Source: Promethearchaeota archaeon
GTDB lineage: Archaea > Asgardarchaeota > Lokiarchaeia > Sigyniarchaeales > SOKP01
DNA length: 64,000 nucleotides
Assembly (NCBI GenBank): GCA_019058245.1
Contig: JAHPZJ010000023.1
Span: 34,028-98,027 of the forward strand
Direction of reading: 5' to 3'
Positions within the stretch are counted from its first letter, which is position 1, and each line of letters opens with the position of its first letter. This document shows positions 31,245 through 41,252 of this stretch, one piece after another. Both the position numbers and the translations under genes were made by a program. Under the pieces are notes generated by a model. That model did not search any database, had not been told where the DNA came from, and saw only the letters and a program-made list of their open reading frames with translations.

Positions 31245-32324
31245 TTAATCAATTCTACCTCGAGAACTAGAGGAATTTAGCATATTGTTATTGATATATC
31301 CTTTAGATTTGTAAAAATCTAAAAGAGTAGCTTTTATTGATTCAACAATTGATTCAAAATTTAATTCCTCGAAAGTTTTAAACCAAGAAAAGTCATGAGT
31401 ATTTAAATTTTCTGTGTTTTTAGTTTCATGCAGGAGTATTATATTATTATCTAATATAAATGAAGGATCTAATATATTTTCATTTTCATCTTCTAATATT
31501 TTAAGATTTTGAAGCATACATTCAAGTAAATCATCATAAAGTAGTAGTGGAATGTATTTTATCTGTTTTGGTTTCAATTCATTAAAATCCATATCGTAAT
31601 AATCTATATTGTATTTAAATCCTTTCTCAACTAGGTTATATACATCAATATCTATAAGTTCCGGATGATATTCAACCTTTTCAACTTTTTTCCCTTTTTC
31701 ACGATATCTTCCTATTTTCTCTATATACATTCTAACATTACCTACTTTACTTTTAGTTTCCACCATAATAGAATTTTGTTTAATTCTGTTTTCACATATT
31801 TCTTTAATAATATTACAATATTCTGTTGCGGCAGTAATAAGATCTTCATTATTAAGTTTTGCTTTCAACACTGTACTAATATATGCTTTTAAAAAGGCAG
31901 AGAAATCTTCTTCAATTTGCCCGATTTTCGCATAAAGGAATTTTGATGCCTCCCACCATTTATAGATTTTTTCTATCTTAAGATGATTTACAAATAGTTC
32001 AAAAGCACGAATTTCAGTAAAATATAGCAATTTTTCCATTCCATATTGAAGAAAAATAGAGGGATTGACTATTACTTCCAGATCATCCATTATCGGAAAT
32101 GAGATTTGTTCTCTAGGACGGATTAAAAGCGATTCTGCTCCCTTATATACCCGATCTACCCTCATAGGTAAGGGCATTATTGGATTTTTCCTTATTTTTT
32201 TTAAGAGTACTCGTGCATGATCCATATTATAAGATGCAAGGTCAGGAGGAAATATTTCTATATAAAAGAAAAATGGTGCAGCGTCTGATTTATAAATTTT
32301 AAATTTATGAATTGGATTTACCAT
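31245..32324 (-). CDS. Hypothetical protein
   Basis: 359-aa ORF with no motif I recognise. Confidence 0.75.
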   Translation of the reverse strand: MVNPIHKFKIYKSDAAPFFFYIEIFPPDLASYNMDHARVLLKKIRKNPIMPLPMRVDRVYKGAESLLIRPREQISFPIMDDLEVIVNPSIFLQYGMEKLLYFTEIRAFELFVNHLKIEKIYKWWEASKFLYAKIGQIEEDFSAFLKAYISTVLKAKLNNEDLITAATEYCNIIKEICENRIKQNSIMVETKSKVGNVRMYIEKIGRYREKGKKVEKVEYHPELIDIDVYNLVEKGFKYNIDYYDMDFNELKPKQIKYIPLLLYDDLLECMLQNLKILEDENENILDPSFILDNNIILLHETKNTENLNTHDFSWFKTFEELNFESIVESIKATLLDFYKSKGYINNNMLNSSSSRGRID

Positions 32325-32541
32325 AATAACTAATCGTTTAGTATAACAAATTTATTAAATCGATTCAAATTTATTCATCTTATATATTCTTTAATAATGT
32401 GTTAAATTATTTAAATTCGAATTATGTATTAAGATATTAGAATTTTTAAAAGATTTTTATTCAATAATTAGCGAGTTAAGATATTTTATTAAATAAAAAA
32501 TAAATTAAAGAAGTGAGATAATAAAAACTCCTTTTTTTTTA

Positions 32542-33594
32542 TTATTTAATACTTGTATGTGCTTTCTTCAAACGATTTTCTGCATCCTGAACAATTTCTT
32601 CGACAATATCTTTAGCATTCTTTAGACTATTTATTATTCCAATACTCTGGCCTAATAAAACCGCTCCAGAATTTACATCACCCTTGTATGCTGCTTCATA
32701 AGCTTTACCTTCCTCAATTATATCTTCTGCGGTAAATGCTGATTCCTCTGCCATTTTTTCCTCCTTACTTGTTACAAGTCCATGATGTAACGAATATTCA
32801 TTTTTCCAAAGCCTAATTGGTCCTAATGCTCCTGTTACCAATACAGTATCTTGAGCTCTTGCTGGGGGTACGACATTTTTATATGTTTCGTGAAATTCAC
32901 TTTCATTAGAGGCAATAAATCTGGATCCCATAGCGATAGCGCCTGCTCCTAAAGCTAGAGCAGCAGCAAGTCCATTACCAGTAGCAAATCCTCCGCACGC
33001 AATTATTGGAAAATCGGGATATTTCTTTAATACTTGTTGAAGTAAGACTAAGGTACTAACTTTCTCATAAGATTGATGACCTCCTCCTTCTCCACCAGTT
33101 ACTACCATTCCATCCACATTTGAGGTAACGCATTTATCTGCGAGCCATAATGCTGGAGCTACATGAAAGTGTTTTATATTTGAACCACTTTCTTTTAATT
33201 TTTGGTATTCTTTTGATTGAGGTAACGTTCTTGAGGATCCAGCACTTGTAATAGCATACACACATTGTTCTTTTACTTTTGGGGTTTCTCTTATGAACCT
33301 GGGAATATCTCTTACAAGTTCTATAGCTGCAATTTCTCTACGAGAAGTTCTAATATTAAAACCAAAAGGTTTATCTGTGTGTTCTACTACTTTAAGCATA
33401 TTTTCTTTCATTATATCCACAGGGGATTTTCTGGCCAAAACATCACTTATCAAAGCACTATGACTTAATACACCTAAACCTCCTGCTTCTGATACTGCAA
33501 TTGTTAGTTCAGTTGTATAAAATGGACCCATAGGTGCAGCAACAATAGGATGTTTAATTCCTAGCATTTTTGTTATATTTGTTTCTAAAACCAT
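32542..33594 (-). CDS. Nitronate monooxygenase / FabK-like FMN oxidoreductase (paralog 1)
   Basis: PIVAAPMG, GGEGGGH, MGSRF and GQSIG. Start taken at MVLETN. Confidence 0.88.
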   Translation of the reverse strand: MVLETNITKMLGIKHPIVAAPMGPFYTTELTIAVSEAGGLGVLSHSALISDVLARKSPVDIMKENMLKVVEHTDKPFGFNIRTSRREIAAIELVRDIPRFIRETPKVKEQCVYAITSAGSSRTLPQSKEYQKLKESGSNIKHFHVAPALWLADKCVTSNVDGMVVTGGEGGGHQSYEKVSTLVLLQQVLKKYPDFPIIACGGFATGNGLAAALALGAGAIAMGSRFIASNESEFHETYKNVVPPARAQDTVLVTGALGPIRLWKNEYSLHHGLVTSKEEKMAEESAFTAEDIIEEGKAYEAAYKGDVNSGAVLLGQSIGIINSLKNAKDIVEEIVQDAENRLKKAHTSIK

Positions 33595-33627
33595 TATAAT
33601 CACTATTTCTTTTTTTTATTTTTTTTT

Positions 33628-33701
33628 AATAGTTACTTTAGTTAAATTTAGTAGACAAAATAAAGTTAAAGAATTAGCATCCAAAATGATAGGAAGAATT
33701 T
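33628..33701. repeat. Conserved upstream element, copy 1
   Basis: 70 of 74 nt identical to 35155-35228. Confidence 0.9.
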
Positions 33702-33839
33702 TAATTATTGGGGATCTATTTATTTTTGAGAGGAAAAAAGCGAACAATTCTTTCATTTTCTATTAAATCTATCGCTTGTTCGAGACAAAAACATGCACAA
33801 ACTTCACAACCAATATAGAGATCTCTGTTGTGAGATTGC

Positions 33840-33954
33840 TAACATTTATAAACCTAATCCTGAAAATAGGAAAATCTATGATATTCTCTTTAAAGAATTT
33901 CTTAATATCTACAAAACTATGAAAAAGATTTACACGAGATTAAATAAGGAATGA
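33840..33954 (+). pseudogene. C-terminal relic resembling an FGGY sugar kinase
   Basis: YKPNPENRKIYDILFKEFLNIYKTMKKIYTRLNKE* resembles the FGGY C-terminal helix. Confidence 0.5.
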
Positions 33955-34030
33955 TCCCTTTTAATTAACTGAAATTACTTATTGAAAATAAAAAGAATTA
34001 CAAAAAAAAAAGACATAGTAAATAATTAAT

Positions 34031-35128
34031 TTATTTAATCTTACTTGCCGCGCTTTTCAACATTGATTCTGCATCAGATACTATATTATTAACTATATCT
34101 GATATACTTTCAATACTCTCAATAATACCAATACTTTGTCCTAGTAGTACTGCTCCAGAATTTATATCTCCTCTATAAGCAGCAAGATAGGCATTTGAAG
34201 TTTCAAGGGCCTGTTTCATATATTCTTCAGGAGGGAGTGATTTGAGTTGATTTTCAATTGCCATGAGTTCCTCCTTTGAATTTACTGCTGCATGATGGAG
34301 ACTATACTCATTCCTCCATAATCTAATTGGTCCTAACACTCCTGCAGTATATATTGTATCTTGAGCTTTTGAAGGAGGTACAACATTTTTATAATTTTCA
34401 TGGAATTCGCTTTCTTTGCTAGCAATAAAACGAGAACCCATAGCTATAGCTCCAGCACCCATTGATAATGCAGCAGCTAAACCCGCTCCAGTTGCAAATC
34501 CTCCGCATGCAATTACGGGAAAATCAGGATATTTCTGATGAATCTGCTGAAGTAAGACAAGAGTGCTTACTTTTTCAAATGATTGATGTCCTCCACCTTC
34601 TCCACCAGTTACGACTATACCATCCACTTGAGAAGCAACACATTTGTCTGCAAGCCATAACGCAGGGGCTACATGAAAATGTTTAATTCCAGATTTTTCT
34701 TTTAGTTCTTGCCAAGATTTACTTTGAGGTAATATTTTAGAAGATCCTGCACTTGTAAGAGCATATACACACTGTTCTCTCATTCTTTGATTCTCCATAA
34801 TAAATTTTGGGATTTCTCTACAGAGTGTTGGAGCCTGTATTTCATTTCTAGAGGTTCTTATATTAAGACCAAATGGTTTGTCCGTATGTTCAACAACATA
34901 CTCCAGATTTCTTTTCATTGGTCCAAGAGCATCAGTTGAGATTCGATCTTTTCTTGGTTCATTTCCAATATCTTGTCCTCGTGCAATAGTAGTGTGGGAT
35001 AATATACCCAAACCTCCTGCTTCAGAAATAGCTACACACATATCAGTTGTGTAGAAAGGGCCCATAGGAGCACCAACAATAGGATGTTTAATTCCTAACA
35101 TTTTGGTAATATTTGTTTCCAAAACCAT
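34031..35128 (-). CDS. Nitronate monooxygenase / FabK-like FMN oxidoreductase (paralog 2)
   Basis: Same motifs as paralog 1. Confidence 0.88.
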   Translation of the reverse strand: MVLETNITKMLGIKHPIVGAPMGPFYTTDMCVAISEAGGLGILSHTTIARGQDIGNEPRKDRISTDALGPMKRNLEYVVEHTDKPFGLNIRTSRNEIQAPTLCREIPKFIMENQRMREQCVYALTSAGSSKILPQSKSWQELKEKSGIKHFHVAPALWLADKCVASQVDGIVVTGGEGGGHQSFEKVSTLVLLQQIHQKYPDFPVIACGGFATGAGLAAALSMGAGAIAMGSRFIASKESEFHENYKNVVPPSKAQDTIYTAGVLGPIRLWRNEYSLHHAAVNSKEELMAIENQLKSLPPEEYMKQALETSNAYLAAYRGDINSGAVLLGQSIGIIESIESISDIVNNIVSDAESMLKSAASKIK

Positions 35129-35154
35129 TTTAAACACAATTTTTTTTTTTTTTT

Positions 35155-35228
35155 AATAGTTACTTTAGTTAAAGTTAGTAGACAAAATAAAGTTAAAGAA
35201 TTAGCATCAAAAATGATACGAAGGATTT
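35155..35228. repeat. Conserved upstream element, copy 2
   Basis: 70 of 74 nt identical to 33628-33701. Confidence 0.9.
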
Positions 35229-35366
35229 CCAAATATTTAAGTATGTCCTATTAATATTATCATAAAAATAGTAAACAGTGAATTTCTAAAATTAAAATAA
35301 AATGTAAAACAAATTTTGATTACTAATTAAATATTTAGATTTTAAATATTGTAGAGGTCCATTTAA

Positions 35367-36866
35367 ATGGAAGATAATTATATAGTAGAAACTAGTTATG
35401 GGAAAGTTCGTGGATATAGTAGAAGAGGAGTGATAAAATTCAAGGGGATCCCGTATGCCGCTCCTCCCATCGGTAATCTTCGTTTTAAGGCTCCCGCTCC
35501 AGTAGATTCTTGGAGTGATGTCCGTGATGCAACAAGATTTAGTCCTGTAGCTCCTCAACCACCCTCAACGCTTGAATCTCTTTTTGGTGAACCGATGCCT
35601 CAGAGTGAAGCAGAATGTTTAACAATAAACATATGGACGAATGATTTAAATGCTAAGGGACGTCCTGTTATGTTTTGGATACATGGAGGTGGATTTATTA
35701 CAGGAAGTGGTGCATCATTAGATGGAGCACGCTTAGTTCAAAGGGGAAATGTGGTTGTTGTAAGTATCAACTATCGATTAGGATATTTAGGTTTTCTTTA
35801 TATGCCTGATGTATCTGATGCAGATACTAATGTGGGATTACTTGATATGATTGCAGCTCTTAAATGGGTGAAAGAAAATATCTCTTTTTTTGGAGGTGAC
35901 CCAAATAATGTAACAATTTTCGGTGAATCAGCAGGTGGTATGGCGGTTTCCACACTACTTGCTATGCCTTCAGCTAAAAGATTGTTTCATAGAGCAATTT
36001 CACAATCTGGTGCTGCTCATAAGTTAGGATTCAATCCTAAGGTTGGAACAAAAGTTTATGAGGATTTACTTAAGGATTTAGATGTTAAAAAAGGAGATAT
36101 ACAAGTGTTGCGAAAAATTCCTATCGAGAAATTTCTCATACCTCAGGAACCTACCTTGAGAATTCAAGAAGATGTGTTGAGATTAGGACCTATTATTGAT
36201 AAAATGTCTTTACCAGAGCATCCACTTGAAGTTATAAGAAAAGGTTTTGCTAAGAATGTTGATTTACTCATAGGAACAAATTTAGATGAGAGTAAATTAT
36301 GGTTACTATTAACACCTCAAGTCAATAAACTAACAGAAGAGGAATTATTGCAATTTGTCAAGGGAAGAATGAATTTTTTAAAGAAAGACGAAATTACATC
36401 TAAAATGTTAATAGATATCTATAGGGAAGGAAGAAAAACACCAAGAAATATAATGGAGGCAATTTTGACAGATTATTCATTTCGAATACCTGCAATTCAA
36501 CTTGCTGAAGCACAATGTGAACATCAACCAAACACCTATATGTATTTATTTGCATGGAAACACCCTATGGATGGAGGAAAATATGGAGCAATGCATGCAC
36601 TTGAACTTCCATTTGTCTTTGGTCTTCTTGGAAATCAAGATGTTGGTTTTTTTCCGCGTAAATCTGAGGAAACACTGAGCCTTTCTGAAAAAATGATGGA
36701 TACTTGGATATCATTTGTTTATAATGGAAATCCAAATCATAAAAATATTCCTGAATTACCTCCTTATAATAAAGAAAAAAGATCAACTATTATATTTGAT
36801 AAAGATGTTAAAGTTGAAGAAGATCCTTATGGCAATGAAAGGATGGCGTGGGATAATATTTTATGA
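35367..36866 (+). CDS. Type-B carboxylesterase/lipase
   Basis: HGGGF oxyanion motif, GESAG nucleophile, GTNLDE and AMHALE. Confidence 0.93.
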   Translation: MEDNYIVETSYGKVRGYSRRGVIKFKGIPYAAPPIGNLRFKAPAPVDSWSDVRDATRFSPVAPQPPSTLESLFGEPMPQSEAECLTINIWTNDLNAKGRPVMFWIHGGGFITGSGASLDGARLVQRGNVVVVSINYRLGYLGFLYMPDVSDADTNVGLLDMIAALKWVKENISFFGGDPNNVTIFGESAGGMAVSTLLAMPSAKRLFHRAISQSGAAHKLGFNPKVGTKVYEDLLKDLDVKKGDIQVLRKIPIEKFLIPQEPTLRIQEDVLRLGPIIDKMSLPEHPLEVIRKGFAKNVDLLIGTNLDESKLWLLLTPQVNKLTEEELLQFVKGRMNFLKKDEITSKMLIDIYREGRKTPRNIMEAILTDYSFRIPAIQLAEAQCEHQPNTYMYLFAWKHPMDGGKYGAMHALELPFVFGLLGNQDVGFFPRKSEETLSLSEKMMDTWISFVYNGNPNHKNIPELPPYNKEKRSTIIFDKDVKVEEDPYGNERMAWDNIL

Positions 36867-36962
36867 ATATTCTGAATCTTTCAACTCAATTATCTATTTT
36901 TTTTTATTTTTATTATCTACAATTTTTAAGTTTGTAAAAATTTTAATTAGATTTAACACTCT

Positions 36963-37241
36963 TAATTGCCTAAACATTTAGTACTATCAACTATAACAAT
37001 TTCATCTGATTCTCATTTACTAATGACATTGGCAGGACATATTAGCATACATACAGGATTTTCACAATGAAAATATGGATTGATTAAATAACTTACAAAA
37101 GCATCATAAAATTTTTTTTTCTCATTATAAAGATTTCGCATCCAATTTTCTGATACTGCTGGTATATCATGCTAATCTTTACTGGTGATTGCATACGCAA
37201 AACAACAACGATACCATCTACTTATTTTCTTGATTTTCCAT
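36963..37241 (-). pseudogene. Degraded DmsB-like 4Fe-4S dicluster gene
   Basis: KD*HDIPA..ENWMR / FHCENPVCMLICPANVISK*ESDEIVIVDSTKCLG aligns to the 45181 protein, with stops and frameshifts. Confidence 0.75.
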
Positions 37242-37298
37242 TAAATCATCTTATTATGATTTTTTGTAATCTTAAAAATAAGTTTTTATAGTGATTAT

Positions 37299-38090
37299 TT
37301 AATCAAATTTTGAGAAATCAGGTTTTCTTTTAGAAAAAAAAGCAGAAAATGCTTCTTGCGCTTCTGGTGAAACTAATCTTCTTCTAAATTCTATAGCTTC
37401 TTCTTGCTTTAAATTTTCCAGAATACTTTTATGATATTTATTTATTAATTCTTTTGTTGATCTCAATGCTTTTGGTGGCTTTTCTGCTAATGATTTAGCA
37501 ATATTGGTTACTTTCTCAATCAGTTCCTCTTTTGGGAAGATCTTATTTACCATTCCTATTTTAACTGCCTCTTCAGCAGTAAAGAAATCACCTAAAAAAA
37601 ATAACTCAGCAGCACGAAATTTTCCTACCAATTCTGGAAGAATGAATGTTGATCCAAATTCAGGTACTAAACCTAGGCTCGTAAAGGGAAACTGAAACTT
37701 TGCATCTTCTGATGCATAAATTAAATCACAATTCAATGGCATTGTACTTCCAATACCTACTGCGTAGCCATGTATAGCTACAATTATTGGCTTTTTAGCC
37801 CCCAATAACCACTTTGTAAGAGCCGCTGCGGGTCTTTCTTCAGTTTTAGATTCTGTTATATACTCTACATCTTGAAAATCCTTTAGATCATTTCCTGCAC
37901 AAAAAGAATCTCCATTACCATACATTAGTGTTACCATAACATTTTTATCCGTTTCTGCGGCTTTAAATGCATCGCCTAAACCTCTATACATTGCCCTTGT
38001 CAATGCATTCTTTTTACTAGGTCTGTTTAAAATTATATGAAAAACTTTATCTTCTGTTTTGGTTAAAATATGTTCTGCTAAAATAATCAC
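37299..38090 (-). CDS. Crotonase-family enoyl-CoA hydratase/isomerase (ECI-like)
   Basis: LNRPSKKNAL, FCAGNDL and LGLVPEFG. The start codon is uncertain. Confidence 0.9.
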   Translation of the reverse strand: MIILAEHILTKTEDKVFHIILNRPSKKNALTRAMYRGLGDAFKAAETDKNVMVTLMYGNGDSFCAGNDLKDFQDVEYITESKTEERPAAALTKWLLGAKKPIIVAIHGYAVGIGSTMPLNCDLIYASEDAKFQFPFTSLGLVPEFGSTFILPELVGKFRAAELFFLGDFFTAEEAVKIGMVNKIFPKEELIEKVTNIAKSLAEKPPKALRSTKELINKYHKSILENLKQEEAIEFRRRLVSPEAQEAFSAFFSKRKPDFSKFD

Positions 38091-38097
38091 CTTAAAT

Positions 38098-39042
38098 CTA
38101 TAAATTAAATAAATCTTCTTTAGTTGCTGCTCCTTCTCTTTTCGATGGTAAATCTACCATTAATTCTGATTCAACACGTTCAGCTAATTGTTGGGGTGTA
38201 AACGGTTTCCAATTATTTGAAATTTTCTTTACAGCCCGCCAGCCACGATATACCCATACCTTATCTCCAATTGCTCTAAATACTTCTCCATTAATATTAC
38301 TGGCTGCATCAGATGCTAAATAAGCAACTAATGGAGCAAAGTTTGAAGGATGAAAAACATCAAACCCATCATTAGTTTTTGCACTCATATATCCAGTCAT
38401 TTTAGGTGTTAAATCAGTAGTCATACGAGTTCTGGCACTTGGTACAACACAATTTACAGTTGCATATTTCGCAAGCTCTCGAGATACAATAATAGTAAAA
38501 GTTGCAATACCTGATTTGGCAGCACCATAATTTGATTGACCTGGGTTACCATATAAGCCAGAATCGGATGCTGTATTTATAATTCTACCGAAATTTTTTA
38601 AAGTTGGGTTTTCCTTTCCTAATGATCTGAAATAAACTGCCGCATGTTTAGTAAGATTAAATGTTCCTTTTAAATGAACTGCAATTACGGCGTCAAATTC
38701 TTCTTCTGTCATGTTGAAAATCATTCTATCCCTTAATATACCAGCATTATTCACAACAATGTCTAATTTCCCAAATTCAGATATTGCTTGATCTAACATA
38801 CCTTTTGCTTTATTATAATCTACAACAGAGTCATAGTTTGCTATTGCTTTAACTCCAAGGTTTTTACATTCTTCAACTACACTATCCGCAATTTTAAATT
38901 CCTTTGTTAAATGATCGGAGCCTCCACCAATATCATTAATTACTAAATCACAACCCTCTTTTGCCATTGCAAGTGCTTCTTCACGACCTATGCCTCGTCC
39001 AGCCCCTGTAATTAACGCAACTTTTCCATCTAACATTCCCAT
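38098..39042 (-). CDS. SDR oxidoreductase, MFE-2-type 3-hydroxyacyl-CoA dehydrogenase-like
   Basis: TGAGRGIG, NNAGILRD, GNPGQSNYGAAK. Confidence 0.9.
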   Translation of the reverse strand: MGMLDGKVALITGAGRGIGREEALAMAKEGCDLVINDIGGGSDHLTKEFKIADSVVEECKNLGVKAIANYDSVVDYNKAKGMLDQAISEFGKLDIVVNNAGILRDRMIFNMTEEEFDAVIAVHLKGTFNLTKHAAVYFRSLGKENPTLKNFGRIINTASDSGLYGNPGQSNYGAAKSGIATFTIIVSRELAKYATVNCVVPSARTRMTTDLTPKMTGYMSAKTNDGFDVFHPSNFAPLVAYLASDAASNINGEVFRAIGDKVWVYRGWRAVKKISNNWKPFTPQQLAERVESELMVDLPSKREGAATKEDLFNL

Positions 39043-39116
39043 TATTATTTCATCCTCTTATAATCTAATAAATATATAATGAATATTTAAATCTAAATTT
39101 CCTTATTTATTAGATT

Positions 39117-39839
39117 TTATTGAATTTTTTTATCATGTAAAATATCTTCTAAATTTTCTAAAACAAAATTTCGAAAATCACGAGGAGAAAAATTAGCTTC
39201 TCTAAAATCCATATTTTCACTCACAGAATCCCCTTGAGAATTGATCTCTTTAAAAATCTCTCTCATATTCCGTTCTACTATAGCAGTACCTAAGATTATA
39301 CTATAGATAAAGAAAGTCAACTTTGCAGCATCAGATTCTTTTATAGTTCCTTCTTCAATTGCATTACTTACTAATCTTGTTGTACCTCGCAAGTATCTAA
39401 ATTCCTTATATTCCCTTTCAATTGGTCCAGTCTTGTCAGAAGGAGGAAGCGTCCTAAGATGCATCATGGAAAAAGCACCAAAATCACTTTCAGCAAAATC
39501 TAAAAAGTGTTTAAAGAATTTCATTAGAAGATCAAAAGAGGAACCCTTGTGATTTTCAACTATATCTAAATTTTCTTCTCGATATTGCTTAAAAAATTTA
39601 TTTCTGATAGCTATATATAACTCACGTGCACTACCAACATAATTATATAAATTATTTTGATTCATTCCTAGAGATCTGCCCAAAGCTCGCATACTGAAAC
39701 CATTTCTACCCCTTTTTATAACTAGTTCTTTTCCTGCTTCTAAAATTTTTTCATATTGAGCGGCTTTCTTTTCAGGTGAGCGATTTCTAGTTTTTTTTTT
39801 AAGGGGAGTTTTAGGCTTTTTAATTCTATCATTAGGCAT
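39117..39839 (-). CDS. TetR/AcrR family regulator
   Basis: ILEAG...GFSMRALGRSLGM...LYNY. Confidence 0.88.
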   Translation of the reverse strand: MPNDRIKKPKTPLKKKTRNRSPEKKAAQYEKILEAGKELVIKRGRNGFSMRALGRSLGMNQNNLYNYVGSARELYIAIRNKFFKQYREENLDIVENHKGSSFDLLMKFFKHFLDFAESDFGAFSMMHLRTLPPSDKTGPIEREYKEFRYLRGTTRLVSNAIEEGTIKESDAAKLTFFIYSIILGTAIVERNMREIFKEINSQGDSVSENMDFREANFSPRDFRNFVLENLEDILHDKKIQ

Positions 39840-40154
39840 TTTATCATATTACCTTTATTTTCTAATTTGGATAAAATAGATGGAAAAATTGATTTTGAAT
39901 ATATTTCATACTAAATTAAGTTGCTCTAACTTAAATATAATATGTATATTAAAAAAAAATTTTTATACTTGTTAAATAAAAATTAATAAAAAAATATCAA
40001 TATTATGTTTTATGTGGTAAAAGTACTCATCATATTTTTATTCATTTGTTTATGATAAAATTTTTGATCATGTAGTTAACTTCCGACACATAATTCATTA
40101 TTTAATTCTTCTGGTTACTCTAGTTATTCTATTTCTAATCCAATACTCTTTTTT

Positions 40155-41186
40155 TTATTTGATCATAGAATAGCTATTTTTAATTGCTGATTCTGCCTCT
40201 TTCATTATTCTTTCGATAATTTCAGTCACATCATCAATACTATTTATGATACCAATTGATTGACCTAGTAGTACAGCCCCAGTTTCTGTATCTCCGTTAT
40301 ATACTCTGTCATAAGCCCCTGAATCTAAAGCTTTTACCTCGGGAGGTATGGACTGCTCATAAGCTATCATTTCCTCTTTAGAGCCGGGTGCTGGGTGTGC
40401 TAAAGCGTATTTATTTTTGTATAAACGGATAGGACCAAATGATCCGGTGTAGAGTGCTGTATCTTGAGGTTTTCCTGGTGGAATTAAAGCCTTATACTTT
40501 TCATGAAATTCACTTTGTTTTGAAGCAATAAATCTAGATCCCATAGCGATAGCTCCTGCTCCTAAAGATAATGCTGCTGCTAATGCCTCTCCTGTTGCAA
40601 ATCCTCCACATGCTATCTTGGGCAAATCTGGAAAGGTTTTATTAATCTGTTGTAGTAATACTAATGTTGAAACCTTTTCATAGGATTGATGACCTCCTCC
40701 TTCTCCACCAGTTACTACTATTCCATCCACTCCAGCTTCCATACATTTCTGTGCTAACCATACAGCGGGTGCTACATGAAAGTGTTTAACATTGGAATTT
40801 TTTCTTAATTCCTGGAATGATTTAGAAGCGGGAAGAAACTTTGATGATCCTGCCGAGGTTAACCAATACAAACATTGATCTCTCATTTTTGGATTGTTCA
40901 TAACTATTTTTGGTAATTCTGTTGCCATTTCTTGAACTCCTGGATTATTACGAGAAGTAAGAATGTTAAGCCCAAATGGTTTATCTGTATGTTCAATCAT
41001 AAATTCCAAGCTTTTTTTATGTTCCTCAACGGGATCTGTTCCCACTATATTCACATTTGACAAAACCCCCAAGCCACCAATTTCACTTACTGCAAGTGCT
41101 AAATCTCGAGTAAAAAATGGTCCCATTGGGGCACTGAATATTGGATATTTAATCCCAAACATTTTTGTTATATTTGTTTCTATCAT
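40155..41186 (-). CDS. Nitronate monooxygenase / FabK-like FMN oxidoreductase (paralog 3)
   Basis: Same motifs as paralogs 1 and 2. Confidence 0.88.
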   Translation of the reverse strand: MIETNITKMFGIKYPIFSAPMGPFFTRDLALAVSEIGGLGVLSNVNIVGTDPVEEHKKSLEFMIEHTDKPFGLNILTSRNNPGVQEMATELPKIVMNNPKMRDQCLYWLTSAGSSKFLPASKSFQELRKNSNVKHFHVAPAVWLAQKCMEAGVDGIVVTGGEGGGHQSYEKVSTLVLLQQINKTFPDLPKIACGGFATGEALAAALSLGAGAIAMGSRFIASKQSEFHEKYKALIPPGKPQDTALYTGSFGPIRLYKNKYALAHPAPGSKEEMIAYEQSIPPEVKALDSGAYDRVYNGDTETGAVLLGQSIGIINSIDDVTEIIERIMKEAESAIKNSYSMIK

Positions 41187-41252
41187 TTTATTTCTCCTTT
41201 TAAATTAATGAATATTTTTAAGAATATTTTTTAAAAAAAATTTTAGTATAGA

